NCBI GenBank assembly: GCA_030390025.1 | Contig: CM059438.1 | Span: forward strand, 65,348,001 to 65,412,000 | Length of the DNA stretch: 64,000 nt | Source: Squalus acanthias | Lineage: Eukaryota | Direction: 5' to 3' | Shown: positions 13,215-26,559 of the stretch, piece after piece | Numbering within the stretch: the first letter of the stretch is position 1 | Layout: the number at the start of each line of letters is the position of its first letter | Notes under the pieces: model-generated | Told to the model about the DNA's origin: nothing | The model's input: only the letters and a program-made list of their open reading frames with translations | Database searches by the model: none | Made by a program: the position numbers and the translations under genes

Positions 13215-13604
13215 TTGAGATTCTTGAGATGGGATCCAACTCTCCGAAATTTAGTTTCTCATTCGCTTAAAAATAAATCTATTTCTTAGCCAGTTAGGAG
13301 GCACATTTAAGGTTTGACTCCGTTGTGTCTCTGCAGCAATCAGGTCACAAGCACTCGATAAGTTTTCTTCATGTTGATCAGAAGCTCTTTGCAAACATCT
13401 CCTGCTTCTGTTTTTCAATTGCCATTCGGAGAAAAATAGCCGCATATAAATGTACTGAAGCTCGGTGACCACTTTTCCCATAATGACCCATTTTTGTGTC
13501 TGTCGTACCTGAAACTGCAGCAACACAAAGTGTGTACCATTAAATGGTCCTTAAATGGCTTCAGACATTCTAGCTCCAATTAACCCTTCAAATTCTCCCT
13601 CATA

Positions 13605-13792
13605 GGCTCTTTTACGTCCAAAGCAGACGGGACCTCAGTTTAAAGTCTCATCCGAAAGACGGCACCTCCGACAGTGCAGCACTCCCTCAGCACTGCACTG
13701 GAGTGTCAGCCTAGATTATGTGCTCCAGTCTCTGGAGTGGGGCTTGAACCCATGATCTTCTGACTCAAGAGGTGAGAGTTCTACGTCTGACA
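13605..13792 (-). mobile_element. Deu-type SINE 5' fragment
   Basis: Matches 10590-10790. Confidence 0.7.
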
Positions 13793-13847
13793 CTCATCAC
13801 CTGGGACTGAAATCCTTCTATTTGGCTTTGAAAGTCAGGAAGATGAT

Positions 13848-14559
13848 GGCCCGGATTTTACGGGGCCTATGATGGTGTTCGCACAGCGTAGACCGTCGTA
13901 AGTGCCCCGCAAGTTCCGGGTTGCCGCGTGCGACACGCATGTGCGAAAACCCGGAACTTGCGATCTGCCAAGTTTCTCCTCGACGGATCTCACCCATCCG
14001 CTGTAAATTCACTTTCGCTGGAACAGAGTTGGGCTATTTACCTAACTACTGCCCAGCGAATACCCACCAAATCCTTATGCCTGGTAAAAGTAGGCGTAAG
14101 GCCTTCTTTTACCAGCATAAGGGTTTAAATAAATGTTAAAATAACATTTTTTAAATGATTTAAACATTCAGTTACATTTAAAATTAGATTAGGTCAATGT
14201 TGTCCCGGTTAAAAATGTTTAAATTTATTTTTCAAAAAGTTTAATTTTTATTTTAAATGTTTAATTAAAAGGTATTTTAATTCATTTTGAACCTGTGATT
14301 ATTTGTTTTTATTTCAGTGTTGTGAAATTGTGTTTTTTAGGTGATTTCTATTATGCCTATGGGGATTCCGTACGTAAATGGAATCCCCATACGCATAATA
14401 GGAATCCCCCTTTGTCATTGGTTGGCCTGGCCCACGTGATCCCAGGAATGCTTGCGAACGCAAGAGTCCGATGCTCCGGAGGCAGCAGGTAAGTACAAAG
14501 TTTTCTTGCGGTTCGGAGGCGTATGCGGGCGGCATGCCTCCGACCGCAATTTCCAGGCT
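13848..14559. mobile_element. Harbinger-type MITE
   Basis: GGCCCGGATTTT...AATTTCCAGGCT; TSD GAT; GC-rich arms, AT-rich core; related to 39445-40209. Confidence 0.75.
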
Positions 14560-15067
14560 GATGTATTCTATGTTGTGAAGTATATGAACACAGGTTACAC
14601 AGTACAGCTAGCACCCTAATATCTACAAAAGCATTACTTGCAAAATAGGCTGTACTGTTTTTCAACAGGAACCATCTCTTCCTATGTGCTGATACCTGGT
14701 TGTAAACAGCCACCTCCTTCTGTTGTGCTATTTTTGAATTTGTGTACTGACCGCCATTTATGCCTCAATCAACGTTTAAAACAGATGATCTGGTCATTTA
14801 TTTCATTGCTGTTTGTACAACCTTGCGTGAGTATCTTCAGGAGAGATGGGGAGAAAATTGGTTAATTTCACCCAAAAAATGTAAAAATGATCACAAATCA
14901 GATGCGACAGCGACATCACTGAGTATGTGATTCCGCACCAACACCACTGGCAGACTACATACTTGCTCATCAGAAATGCTACCGAACTAACCCTTCTAGT
15001 CAATCAGAACAGCACAAAAACTGTTTTCAACGTATACAGTATCAAAAATGCTAACTGTTTGTAAGTA

Positions 15068-15292
15068 TGATGCGGAGATGCCGGCGTTGGACTGGGGTGG
15101 ACAAAAATGAGAAGTCGCACAACACCAGGTTATAGTCCAACAGATTTATTTAAAATTGCAAGCTTTCAGAGCTGTCGCCCCTTCCTCAGTAACTTTACTT
15201 GTAACTTTACCTGAGGAAGGGGCGACAGCTCCGAAAGCTTGTAATTTTAAATAAATCTGTTGGACTATAACCTGGTGTTGTGCGACTTCTCA
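15068..15292. mobile_element. Fold-back Penelope-like mini-element (family P2)
   Basis: ~82-bp inverted arms around a ~21-nt loop; 12-bp TSD TGTTTGTAAGTA (15056-15067/15293-15304). Confidence 0.8.
15207..15244 (+). ncRNA. Minimal hammerhead ribozyme motif
   Basis: TTAC-CTGAGGA-A-GGGGC(GACA)GCTCC-GAAA-GCTT-GTAA; helix I TTAC/GTAA; palindromic helix III. Confidence 0.65.
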
Positions 15293-15879
15293 TGTTTGTA
15301 AGTACACAGAAGGCTATTACACCCTTCTAAGGATTGATTTGTACTTTAAGCCACTTTAAGATTTCATTTTTTGCCATATCCAAAGCTATCTGGGGTTAAC
15401 ACTGCACTTCCACCAATCTGCTACCTTCCACTTAAAAGTTATCTAAATTTTATTAGAGGGAGGTATACGTTGACAGTTATGTGTTAATGCCACAGTGCTT
15501 TATGTACAGAAAGATCAGTGCACGGTTGCTTTTGAATGTATGAACTTAAAGTTGACACATAGATTGTCGGAAAGGAAATACGGCCTCTTTCCATTAAAGA
15601 ATAGACTTTAAGATGCATGGACGTAATGTAGTTGAAGGTTTTCAATTTGTAGTCACTGCAGAGAAACAGTCAGTTATCAGGTGTCCACTTGAGCGAAACT
15701 GATTGTAATTCTGCTGAGTGCCACAAAGGCTGGGATGACAATTGATCTTCTTGACACTCCTCCCCCTGTTTGATTGATGGCAGTGTTCAGCGAGGGGCTT
15801 GACGACAGGAAACGCAGAAAAATATAAGAAGCTGAAAGGAACGGCACCGCTTAAAGTAGAATCTTCCATCTTCCTGTCT

Positions 15880-16190
15880 TTCGGCGGAGACGTTAAACCC
15901 AGGACCCGTCTAGCCTCTCAGGTGGGCATAAAGGATCCCACCGCACTATTTTGAAGAAGAGCAGCGGAGTTAACCCTGGTGTCCTGGCCAATATTTATCC
16001 CTCAACCAACGTCACCAACGCAGATTATCTGGTCATTATCACATTGCTGTTTATAGGCCCTTGCTGTGCGCAAATTGGCTGCCACATTTCCTATATAACA
16101 ACAGTGACCACACTTCAAAAGTACTTCAGTGACTGTGAGGTATTTTTCGGCACCCTTAGGTCGTTCAAGGCTCAATGTAAATGCAAGTTA
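15880..16190 (+). mobile_element. Deu-type SINE, 3' portion
   Basis: Colinear with 17870-18180. Confidence 0.7.
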
Positions 16191-16243
16191 ATTCTATCTT
16201 TTGTCAAGATAAAGGAAGTGATGTTGAATTTGTAGAAGACATT

Positions 16244-17105
16244 GGGGGGGAATTTTTACTTCCCGATACGCTGGGAATGGGTGGGGTCCGGTTTCGTGCG
16301 GGAAACCTGGAAGTCTGGGTTTCCCCGCACGCTGTGGAGATTTACCTCTACAGCAGGCATCTTCTGTCAGTGACAGGTTCTCCTCCCGGAAGTCAGCCTG
16401 ATTGGGCTGGGAACACACTGGAGGAAGCCACAGGACTACGTTGGTCAGATTCCCAACCATGGGGCGGGGGGGGGGGGGGGTGGGTCCGATCCTGGGAGGG
16501 ATCCGATCCCTGATCCCGGTGCGGGGGGGGGGTCCGATCCCTAACCCCAGAGAGGGGTCAGATCCCAGGGGTCCGATTCCTGACCCCGGGGTGGGGGCGG
16601 GTCCGATCCCAAGGGGGGGTCCAATCCCTGACCCCGGAGAGGGGTCAGATCCCAGGGGTCCGATTCCTGACCCCGGGGGAGGGGGGGGCGGGTCCGATCC
16701 CAAGGGGGGGTCCAATCCCTGACCCCGGAGAGTCTAATACCAGGGGGGAGGGGGTCTGATGGTGGGGGAGCTTCGGGGACGGAGGAAGCATTCCTGCTCC
16801 CCCGGCCCAAAGGTGTGCTGTCCTTGCCTCACTGCAGCTGCCAGGTTTCCCAAGGCCCGGGTTACCTAGCTGGCCAAAGTAAAACTTACAAAACAGGTTA
16901 AATTCGAGGCCTCCAGCCTCATTAATATATTTAAAGTGCCCACTCACCTCCTGGGAGTGGGTTGGCTGGCCACCTCTTGTCCTGCCTCAGTAAAACCCGG
17001 AAGTCGGTGGGTTGGAGCCGGCTTCCGGACACGCTTTGATCTTTTGCCCACTGAACCCCCCACCCGCACCCATTCCCACCTACTCACCCATGTTAAAATT
17101 CCCCC
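16244..17105. mobile_element. Harbinger-type MITE with an internal G-rich minisatellite
   Basis: GGGGGGGAATTTT...AAAATTCCCCC; TSD ATT (16241-16243/17106-17108). Confidence 0.8.
16460..16735. repeat. G-rich minisatellite (GGGTCCGATCCC(TGACCCCGG) variants)
   Basis: About ten degenerate units visible; explains the GP-rich spurious ORFs. Confidence 0.85.
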
Positions 17106-17719
17106 ATTGATTGGGCCATAGTTGCAATACTTCTTGGAGTTCAGGGCATCCTATTATGGAAAGAATATTACAAAATTGAGAGGTCGCACAACACCAGGTT
17201 ATAGTCCAACAGTTTTATTTGAAATCACAAGCCATGGAAAAGGTATAGTGTAGATTCACTGGGCTGATGCCAGGAATAAGAGGTTATGGTTATGAAGGAA
17301 ACCTTGAAAAATACTGGAGTGTTTTACTGAAACAGAGAAGATTAAAGAAGATCCAATAGAGATTGTAGCGTCATGAAAAGTTTTGAGAGGGTAAATAGTG
17401 AAATATCATTTCCACTGGTTAATGAATCAATAACAAGGTGGCATAGACTCAAGATTAACCCTAGAAAAATGAAGAAATTGAGTTGTTAGAAGTTTTTTTT
17501 TCACACTGAGGGTGATCAGAATATGGACTGTTTTACCACAAGTAATTATTGAGATAGAGATCATAACATTTACAGGGGTCTAGATGAATATTTGAACAAG
17601 GTAGAATATAAAAGGATAGAGAGAAGAGACAAGCAAATAGGGTTACAGTAGCTCTGGCTGAAGAGCTAATACCGCCCCAGGGACAGTAGACCAAATGGCC
17701 TTCTTCTATGCATTAACCT

Positions 17720-18200
17720 TGTCAGCCATGGCTCAGTTGGTAGCAATCTTGCCTCTGAGTCAGAAGGTTGTGGATTCAAGTCCCACTCCAGAAACTTGAG
17801 CACTAAAATCTATACTGACACTCCAGTGCAGTAATGAGGGATTGCTGCACTGTTGGAAGTGCCGTCTTTCAGATGAGACATTAAGCTGAGGCTTTGTCTG
17901 CTCTCTCAGGTGGCCTTAAAAGATCCCAGGCACTATTTTGAAGAAGAGCACGAGAGTTATCCCTGGTGTCCTGGCCAATATTTATCCCTCAATCAACAGC
18001 ACAAAAACAGATTATCTGGTCATTATCACATTGCTATTTCTGGGAGCTTGCTGTGTGCAAATTGGCTGTCATGTTTCCTGCATTACAACAATGACTACAC
18101 TTCAAAAAGTACTTAATTGGCTGTGAAGCACTTTGGGGCATCCTGTGGTCGTGAAAGGCGCTATATAAATGCAAGTAAGTCAGTCAGTCTGTCTTTCTTT
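17720..18200 (+). mobile_element. Full-length Deu-type SINE
   Basis: TGTCAGCCATGGCTCAGTTGG A box; GATTCAAGTCC B box; tail GGCGCTATATAAATGCAAG..(TCTT)n. Confidence 0.8.
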
Positions 18201-18211
18201 CTTTCTTGAAT

Positions 18212-19012
18212 GACGTTCAGCTTGGGCTGATAAGTGGCAGGTAACATTTGCACCACAGAAGTGCCAGGCAATGATTATCTCCAACAAGCAAGAGTCTAAC
18301 CACCGCCCCTTGACATTCAACGACATTACCATCGGCGAATCCCCATCATCAACATCCTGGGGGTCACCATTGACCAGAAACTTAACTGGACCAGCCACAT
18401 AAATACTGTGGCAACAAGAGCAGGTCAGAGGCTAGGTATTCTGCGGTGAGTGTCTCACCTCCTGACTCCCCAAAGCCTTTCCACCATCTACAAGGCGCAA
18501 GTAAGGAGTGTGATGGAATACTCTCCACTTGCCTGGATGAGTGCAGCTCCAACAACACTCAAGAAGCTCAACACCATCCAGGACAAAGCAGCCTGGTTGA
18601 TTGGCAGCCTACCCACCACCTTAAACATTCACTCCCTCCACCACCAGCGCACCGTGGCTGCAGTGTGTACCATCTACAAGATGCACTGCAGCAACTCGCC
18701 AAGGCTTCTTCGGCCAGCACCTCCCAAACCCGCGACCTCTACCACCTAGAAGGATAAGAGCAGCAGGTGCATGGGAAGACCACCGCCTCCAACTTCCCCT
18801 CCAAGTCACACACCATCCTGACTTAGAAGTATATCGCCGTTCCTTCATCGTCGCTGGGTCAAAATCCTGGAACTCCCTCCCTAACAGCACTGTGGGAGTA
18901 CCTTCACCACACGGACTGCAGTGGTTCAAGAAGATGGCTCACCACCACCTTCTCAAGGGCAACTAGGGATGGGCAATAAATGCTGGCCTTGCCAGCGATG
19001 CCCACATCCCAA
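18212..19012 (+). mobile_element. Jockey-group (CR1/L2-related) LINE 3' end
   Basis: WQVTFAP.KCQAM and YKAQVRSVMEYS RT C-terminal motifs; frameshifted; second copy at 56090-56875. Confidence 0.8.
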
Positions 19013-19959
19013 GAATTATTTTTTTTTAAATATTGAAGAAACCTGGTTTATTTCAGACAGTTAAAAGTGTGTGTGAAATTTCACATAAGTAAAAGTTCAT
19101 AAATGTGTTCATTCCTTTTCTCTTGTATTTATTTTATTAGCAAAGTCAAATTTTCACAGCAACATTTTATTTACATTCCTGAAGATCAGCACATTTGTCT
19201 CATATTTCTGACCTTCACTAGCAAGGCTTACTAGCAATGTTCATGTTTATAAGCTTCTGAAGGCGATTCTTCTTACAATCATTTACTCCACATAATTTTG
19301 AGAGCAACAATAGCATTTTGAGACAAATTAAAAGAGATGTGTGATTTGATATGTATCCCAGGCTGGCTAGAAGCTCGCCTCTGTGAGTCATGATGAAAGA
19401 TGAAATTTGACGTTCTTTCTGTGTGACTCCTACTTTGCGAAAATTGTCAGAACACAGGGGACCCAGTATCCAAGTATTAAAGCTGTTCTATTTCCTACGG
19501 GTTGACTATTGTGAAGTTTGATTGCAAACTCCACGGTTTTATTTGCCAAGGATGCTGATGAAAAAGGAAAAAAATCTTTAATATGTATGTTACTATTTTG
19601 AGTGCATACTGTTTGTCACATTCAAATTATATTCCTCTTTTCAGTCATAATGAAAGTTACAATGTGTGTAAGAAAGGTGAATATTTGTAATTTTATTTGA
19701 TATTCAGATCTGCATGGAATACTCACATAGTTAGAAGTAACAGGTTGGATGCTTTACTCCCCCTATATTTTAAAATTAATCTTCTCCCCCCCCCCCACCC
19801 CTCTCCCAAGTGATTATTCTATCCATTCTCTATTTCTGCCCGATTGGGAATCTGACAACCTGATCTTAGCAGTCCCTTCCTATCCCCTTCTTCCCCTATC
19901 CCACTATCTCTTCTATATATTTCTATAACCTCTTAGATCCCAGATCCCCTTCTGCAATG

Positions 19960-20270
19960 ACAGACAGGAAAAGACCCTCTGGTCCATCCAGCCTGTCCCA
20001 CACAATTGCGATACCTTGTGTATCACAACATATACACACTCCACCCCACCCAAAACCAGGTGATCGCCTGGAAGTGGTGAAAATCCAGACAAAAAAGAAA
20101 TACCAAATTGGAAAAAAAAAATCTGGGAAATTCCTCTCCAACCCCTGAAGGTGATCGAAACTAGTCCGGAAGGTCACTCTGGCCCTGATAATTCTATGTA
20201 GTAACTACCTTTTGTATGAAGTGATCTTCGTCCCAGCCAGAAACAGGTCCAGCCCTCGCTTGGAGGAATA
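19960..20270 (-). mobile_element. CR1-type 3' tail fragment
   Basis: GGTCCATCCAGCCT stem-loop-like tail; family uncertain. Confidence 0.4.
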
Positions 20271-21508
20271 CCTTTGAAATAATGTCCTGTATTTACCTTT
20301 TACATACCATTTACTGTTTGATAGTTCTCAAGAAGGTTAGCCCTAAGTTGCCTCTTTTCTAGACTTGAGAGTACAAATTTCTGAATTAAAATTATTGTTA
20401 ATTTCAGCATCATTTTGTTCATCTCTACTGGCTGTTTTATTTCCGTACAGAACAGTTTTATTAATACACTCAGATCTGACAGTCCCTTGGAAGAGTCAGT
20501 GAGTAAATCAGTGTGAGGAAACTGCATTAACTTAGGTGGATACAATCACTAACCTGGGATGTAACAGCTTTAATTTGGCATGTTAATTTAGCTCTCTCTC
20601 ACACTGCAGGCTTGTGCTGTGTCGTCTAAATGCAGAGCTGCAATGGCTGTTTCCTTAATGGGAACTAACTCGCCTATGAAGCTTTTGAAAACCTTTCTGC
20701 ATCTTTTTAAAAATCTCACATAACAGCTGTGGAACTGATAGCTGGCAAATTCGTAAAGTTATAAAAGGCAACCAGAATAATGAACAGAACACTAAAATGT
20801 CTTACAACGCACCACCAATTATGGATAAAAGAATACTTCTGGCATCCTAATTGTGCCACACTTTGTGTTGATGCAATGTAATGTTTTTATTGCCATAAAC
20901 TGTGCCATTTAGGTGTGGATTCACCCAAACATTCAGACAGGAGGTGTGGGACCATGGCCAGAAGAGAGTCTAGGATCACCTTGGCTTCATGCTTATTGAA
21001 GTATATGCACAAATCTGTGTGAAGCCAAGTTATAAAAATACTCAAGCCAGCCATGGGATCACCTGGGAACTTAATGAACTTCATTTTTAATGTTAGCAGA
21101 GAGCCAATCTGAATATTTAACTGTTATATGGATGGCATTCAAGAGAGTTCTGCATATGAGTGCAAAGTTATTCTTGGGCAGGGAATGATATGCTAAGTAC
21201 AGTCTGAGCAATAACTGAGGTATAACAATGTCAGTAATTTTAGTCTACATCGTCTCATATAATGGCTTTTATGGAGTGCGTCTATTTGTTGGGTTGGGAC
21301 TACTAGGCCACGATGCACATTCGTCATTTGGGGGCACCAGCTTATATTATTAAAATCGGTATTTCACCTGAAACACTTGCTTTAGACTTTTGAATGTTTA
21401 TTGTGTCCATGCGCCTGTTACAGTGAGTGTGATGTCTATAGCTGTCATTGTAATAGAATTTTCCCATTTTGAGCACTTAGCCCTGCATCACATTTTTCCT
21501 GTGACAAT

Positions 21509-22030
21509 GGCCCGGAACTTGCGGTCCTGAATGTTAGACCCAAAGGGATTAGGTGTAACTGGGGTTTTAACAGTGTATTGACTGCTAAACAAAGCTTATG
21601 GGCCTGAAAAACTAATTTTGATTTTGTACCGTGTCAAATTTATCCATTTTAATAAAAATAATTTTTTTAAAGAAACTTTTAATTTTTTTTAAAGCTTGTT
21701 CAGCTTTATTTCAGATTTGCCTTTTCCCTATGTGAGAGCCCCAATCTTTGTTACGCTCTCTCTAACATTTTTAAAAAGTTAGAATTTTAGGAGCTTACTC
21801 ACTTCCTGGTTCGCTGTCGGTGAGAATTCTGCGTTTTGATTGGCTGCTTAGACAGCTTATTGATGTCACAGCAGCTCGCACTAGGGGATCCCCACTATAC
21901 TCCGTTGATTTGAATTACACGTCAGAAAAGCCGAACTTCTCGACACAGAGATCGCGAGAGCTTTGTGCGAAGCTTACTTCGGGGCCAGCGGCGAACGCTT
22001 TTGCTTCGCCGCTGACCGCAAATTCAGGGC
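21509..22030. mobile_element. Harbinger-type MITE
   Basis: GGCCCGGAACTTGCGGTC...GACCGCAAATTCAGGGC; TSD AAT. Confidence 0.78.
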
Positions 22031-22826
22031 AATTGCCGAATTCCACTATTTAAAAACACCTGGTTTGACTCTCCCTGCAGTTGCAGATGCTGGCCACCAT
22101 ATGGTGTCATGGTAAAATTTGTCAACCATCATCTAAATTGTTTTGATTCACCGTTTATTCTCAATAACTGAATTCCTACTGTCCAAAATAAGGTTTAAGC
22201 AAAATACAAATATTTTAAAATGATGTTTTTCACAATAACAGGATAAATTTATCCATTGCATTATTGTTTGTGTATTTTAATGCCTTTATTAAAGTCTTTC
22301 TTTAAAAGCTCAAAAGCTGGATAATTTTACCCCGCAACAATCGAGAGAGCTTACAATTACATCTGTGCATTCTGAGCATGTGCAGTTTGCAGAATATTCC
22401 AACATGAAAACTGTGCATCAATGGGAGTTGAAGGGAAGCTGCCTCATTTGAGGAATTGAGAGGTTATTTAGCTTATTCCAAAAGTCTTTGAAAGGCTGGA
22501 GATTGAACTCTCAAAACTTTTCTTTCAGGCAAGTGATGCTTTTATATAAATGTATTACTATTTTGCTTTTCTGTCATGTAGTTTTCCGCAGAGAAACAAA
22601 GGCGGCACATGTGAACAGCGACGGCTGTTATCAAGTGGGATGCAGCATCTGGAAACAGTAACAGCTCTTGTTGTGTGAGAGGCAGCAAGTAAGAAGAGTA
22701 ATAGCTATTCGAGGCAGCAGTGTGGTCAGTTAACAAATGTTATCCTGTGAGAAGACACATCTGTAAACAGCAACAGTTGCTATTATGTGAGAGGCAACAC
22801 GTGGGAACAGTAACACGTTATCACAT

Positions 22827-23598
22827 CAAGGGCAGATGTCGATGACGAAGTCGAACACCGCCTTCAGTGTGCCATTGCAGCCTTCGGTCGCCTGAGGAAG
22901 AGAGTGTTTGAAGACCAGGACCTCAAACCCGGCACTGAGCTCATGGTCTACAGAGCAGCAGTGATACCCGCCCTGCTGTATGCCTCAGAGACATGGACCA
23001 TGCACAGCAGGCACCTCAAAGCAAAGGAGAGGTACCACCAACACTGCCTCTGCAAGATCCTGCAAATGCATTGGCAGGATAGGCGCACCAACGTCAGTGT
23101 TCTCGCTCAGGCCAACACCCCCAGCATCGAAGCTTTGACCACGCTCGATCAGCTCCGATGGATGGGTCACATCGTCCGCATAGCCGATACGAGACTTCCA
23201 AAACAAGCGCTCTACTCGGAGCTCTGACATGGCAAGAGAGCCCCAGGTGGGCAGAGGAAATGCTTCAAGGAGACCCTCAAAACCTCCTTGAAAAAGTGCA
23301 ACATCCTCACCGACACCTGGGAATCCCTGGCCCAAGACCGCACAAAGTGGAGGAGAAGCATGCAGGAAGGTGCCGAACACCTCGAGTCACTTCGCCGGGA
23401 GCAAGCGGAAGCCAAGCGCAAGCAGCGGAAGGAGCGCACGTCAACCCAAGCACCCCACCCACCCGCCCCTTCAACCACCGTCTGCCCCACCTGTGACAGA
23501 GACTGTAGGTCCCGCATTGGACTCAGCAGTCACCTGAGAACTCATTTTTAATGTGGAAGCAAGTCAACCTCGGTTCTGAGGGACTGCCTAAGAAGAAG
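22827..23598 (+). mobile_element. RTE-type LINE, 5'-truncated
   Basis: VYRAAVIPALLYASETW, LRWMGHIVR, RLPKQALY motifs; premature TGA; TSD ATCACAT. Confidence 0.88.
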
Positions 23599-23683
23599 AT
23601 CACATGAGGGACAGCCTATGGGAATAATAAGAGCTATTATTGTGGGTTCTTGGTTGATGTTTAGAAAAGAAAGAAGAAATTAT

Positions 23684-24576
23684 GGGGGAGAAATTCAGTA
23701 TCGCCCCATTTGGGGCGCAATTATCGGCAAGGCGCAAAGATTAGCGCCTGGCGCTAATTATCGCCACCGACTGCAAACTTGACTTTTATCGCCCCTGGAG
23801 GTGATTGCAGCGCTATATCAGGCGCTTCACACCTGTCTTAAGGCGCAAAGGCCGAGGAGCGAGGCGCTACCTCAGAGCGCTGGCGAAGCTCATGTAATGT
23901 CAGTCAGCAATGGAACACACACACAATGGCACGGGCCAGTTCTTAAAGGGGATGGTTGATCTTGCTTTCCATCCACATCCTGCTCATTGCAGCCTTGAAT
24001 CTCGGCCTGGAGAGACCTGCACATCAAATATGCTGGAAAGAACAATGGGGAGTACCAGGCCAAGAGCCCAGAATGCAGTCCCCACAGTCTCTGCTAAATC
24101 GATACAAGGAATGGCAAATCAAAATGAACCTGCAAAGTGCTGCTCAGTACCCAAAACTCCTTCACACAACGTTGAATCTCTCCAGAAGTCTCTCCCTCTC
24201 TCTCTCAGAAGGCGTAGTTCAAAAATGGCACCAACAATAAAAGGCAGGAAGCGGTCACCTTTAAATAGCGCTCCCCCTTTCCCTTCATGACTGCAGAACG
24301 CTCCCCTCAACCTGTCGTTGCTAGCGTCAGGCGGTAAGGCAGGGGGCGCCACTCAATATCCGCTCCGGGGCGATACCGGGGCGTTGTGCACTCGAGTGAC
24401 GTCATGATCTGCCGGCGCAGGAGATCGTGGCGGTAGTTTTTAGCGCCGCCGCAAAATGTCTAGTTAATTTCGCGAGCGGCGCAAACTTCGCTGCGCCTGG
24501 GCGCTAGATGCTTTGCGCCCCATTAGCGCCCTCTTAAGGTGCTAACGGGAGGCGCAACCAACTGAATTTTCCCCCC
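23684..24576 (+). mobile_element. Non-autonomous deletion derivative of the 41765-45924 Harbinger family
   Basis: Left ~340 bp and right ~400 bp colinear with the element ends; TSD TAT. Confidence 0.88.
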
Positions 24577-25107
24577 TATGTTTTTAGTTAATCATTGCTT
24601 GTGGTTTTATATATATATATATATATATAGATTATTTGTGTGGTGGTGACCTGATGGCTTACAATGGGCTCACAATTAGGTCTCATTCGCCCCCTCCACA
24701 AAGGTTTTAGAGCTTGCTCCTCCCAATACTGCCAGATTCCTTCAACCCTCAATATGACAAAACCTCTTTATGCCTTCTGCCGGTCCACCACACAAATACT
24801 GTCTTTGACTTCTCCCTCCCCACTCCTATATCTCATGATCCCACCCTCCCTCCAGTGCTCACAAATCCCGAGACTGCAGTCTCCGTACTCCCCGATCCTG
24901 CAACCACCTCCAAAGCTCCCAGACCTTGAAAACTCCTCCCCAATTCCCCCATATCCCAGGAATTGTCTCAGTGATCCCAAAGCCTACCTCTCTGTTGTCT
25001 CTGGAATCCTAGGACCCCCTTCCTAGTGCTTCCAGACTCTAGGTGCCCACCGTGGGACCCTATCCCAGTGCTGCCAGATCCCAGGTCTGTCCCCAGTGTC
25101 CCCGATA

Positions 25108-26559
25108 ATAAGAAAGAACTTGCATTTATTTTGTGCATTTCATGACCTCAGGGCATCCCAAAGTAGTTCACAGCCAATGAAGTACTTTTGAAGTGCAGTC
25201 ACTGTTGTAATGTAAGGAAATGCGGCAGCCAATTTGTGCACAGAAAGGTCCCACAATGTAGGGGGTGGTGGTGGTAGGGGTCAGCCTTGCCCCTGACTCA
25301 GTGAACGGTTCGAATCGCTCCCACGCCCCTAGGTTCAAAACTTGGACTTATTTAGGGGTTGTGAATAAAGATGCAGTAGACAACAGGTTCCGATGAAAGA
25401 ATTTTGACTTTTATTCAAAGTAAAAAGGTAACAAACTTAAAACACACTTCACACTTAAACAGGTTGGAGAACACACGGTACAGGCGAGGGAGAATGACAA
25501 TATACAAAAACCCTTATCCCTCCCAAAAATCCCACTATCTAGCTAGGTTTCGGTTTCAGGAGATCAGGGATAATGCTCACCAAACAGGGGTTTTAACAGT
25601 GTGAAATCCAGCCAGGTAAGTTGATGGTGGTCTGGTCATCGAGTGTCTTCCTGGAACATGCTGCTTCTGGACAGAGCTGTGAGGGAGAGTCCGGAGAGAG
25701 AGAGCTGTTCCAGCGTTGTCGGAGAGTCCAAAAGAGAGCGAGTCTTGGGTCAGGTTGCAATTATATAGTCCTTTTCGCGCCCAAAACTCCTTACTAAAAC
25801 TGGTTTCGTGCTGAAGTGATTGGTTTCAGGTGAGGCCTGTTCATTCCATTGTCTTGTTAAGTTTTGATGGGCCTTCAACTATGCTAAACCAAATCAAATC
25901 CTGGTCAATTGAAAGGCCTCGTTACCAGTAACGGCTTTTTACTGAGTCAAATGGCTTGCGTCCTGTCGATCTGTTGTTTTATTGGAGTTTGCATTGTCCT
26001 CATGTTTTGGGTTTCTTGCTGGGCCTAGCACTCCTATCTTTATGCGTCTCTTTAATGGGTTCTGTGTTTTGGGTGGGGCGGCCTTCTCCCAGGGCCTATT
26101 GTCTAAATGTTAATGTTTGCTGGGGCTTGAATTCCCAGACAATGCAATACCCAAAACTGCTATATACAGAGGTTGACTTTAAAAATGCCAAAGCTTGGTT
26201 TTGGTCTTAATTCCTTATTTTTATCACTCTGGGGTAGTTCCAAAGTACTTATTTTTTTCCTTAGATTTTGGGGATCTGCAAATTTTGGAAACTTTACAAC
26301 AAACAGCAGTGAGATAAATGACCGGGTGATCTGTTGCTGTGATGTCAGTTGGTTAGGACACCGGCAAAACTCCCCAGTGCCGGTGGGTATTTTGTTTTAA
26401 CATGTCGCACAACAGTCGGCAGTTCTGATGATGCAGCATTCCCTCAGTACTACACTTAAGTGTCAGCTTGGATTTTGTGTTCAGGTCCCGGAGTGGGGCT
26501 TGAACCCACGACTTTCTAACTCAGAAGTGAGAGCGCACCAGTGAGCCATGGCTGACACC
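25108..26559 (-). mobile_element. Deu-type SINE split by a solo LTR
   Basis: SINE sequence CCCACAA|ACAGC resumes at 26299. Confidence 0.7.
25257..26298 (-). mobile_element. Solo LTR (1042 bp)
   Basis: TGTA...TACA termini; TSD ACAA (25253-25256/26299-26302); minus-strand TATA ~25765 and AATAAA ~25410. Confidence 0.8.

Larger units (their letters stand above)
16195..17715 (+). mobile_element. Old CR1 3' region hosting a MITE and a PLE fragment
   Basis: KEVMLNL... motif continues after 17108; CR1 3'UTR features. Confidence 0.6.

Noticed and set aside
16460-16735. CRISPR-like array
   Set aside because: Eukaryotic context, no unique spacers, no cas genes
16181-16947. Collagen-like or Pro/Gly-rich ORFs
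   Set aside because: Translation of a minisatellite inside a MITE
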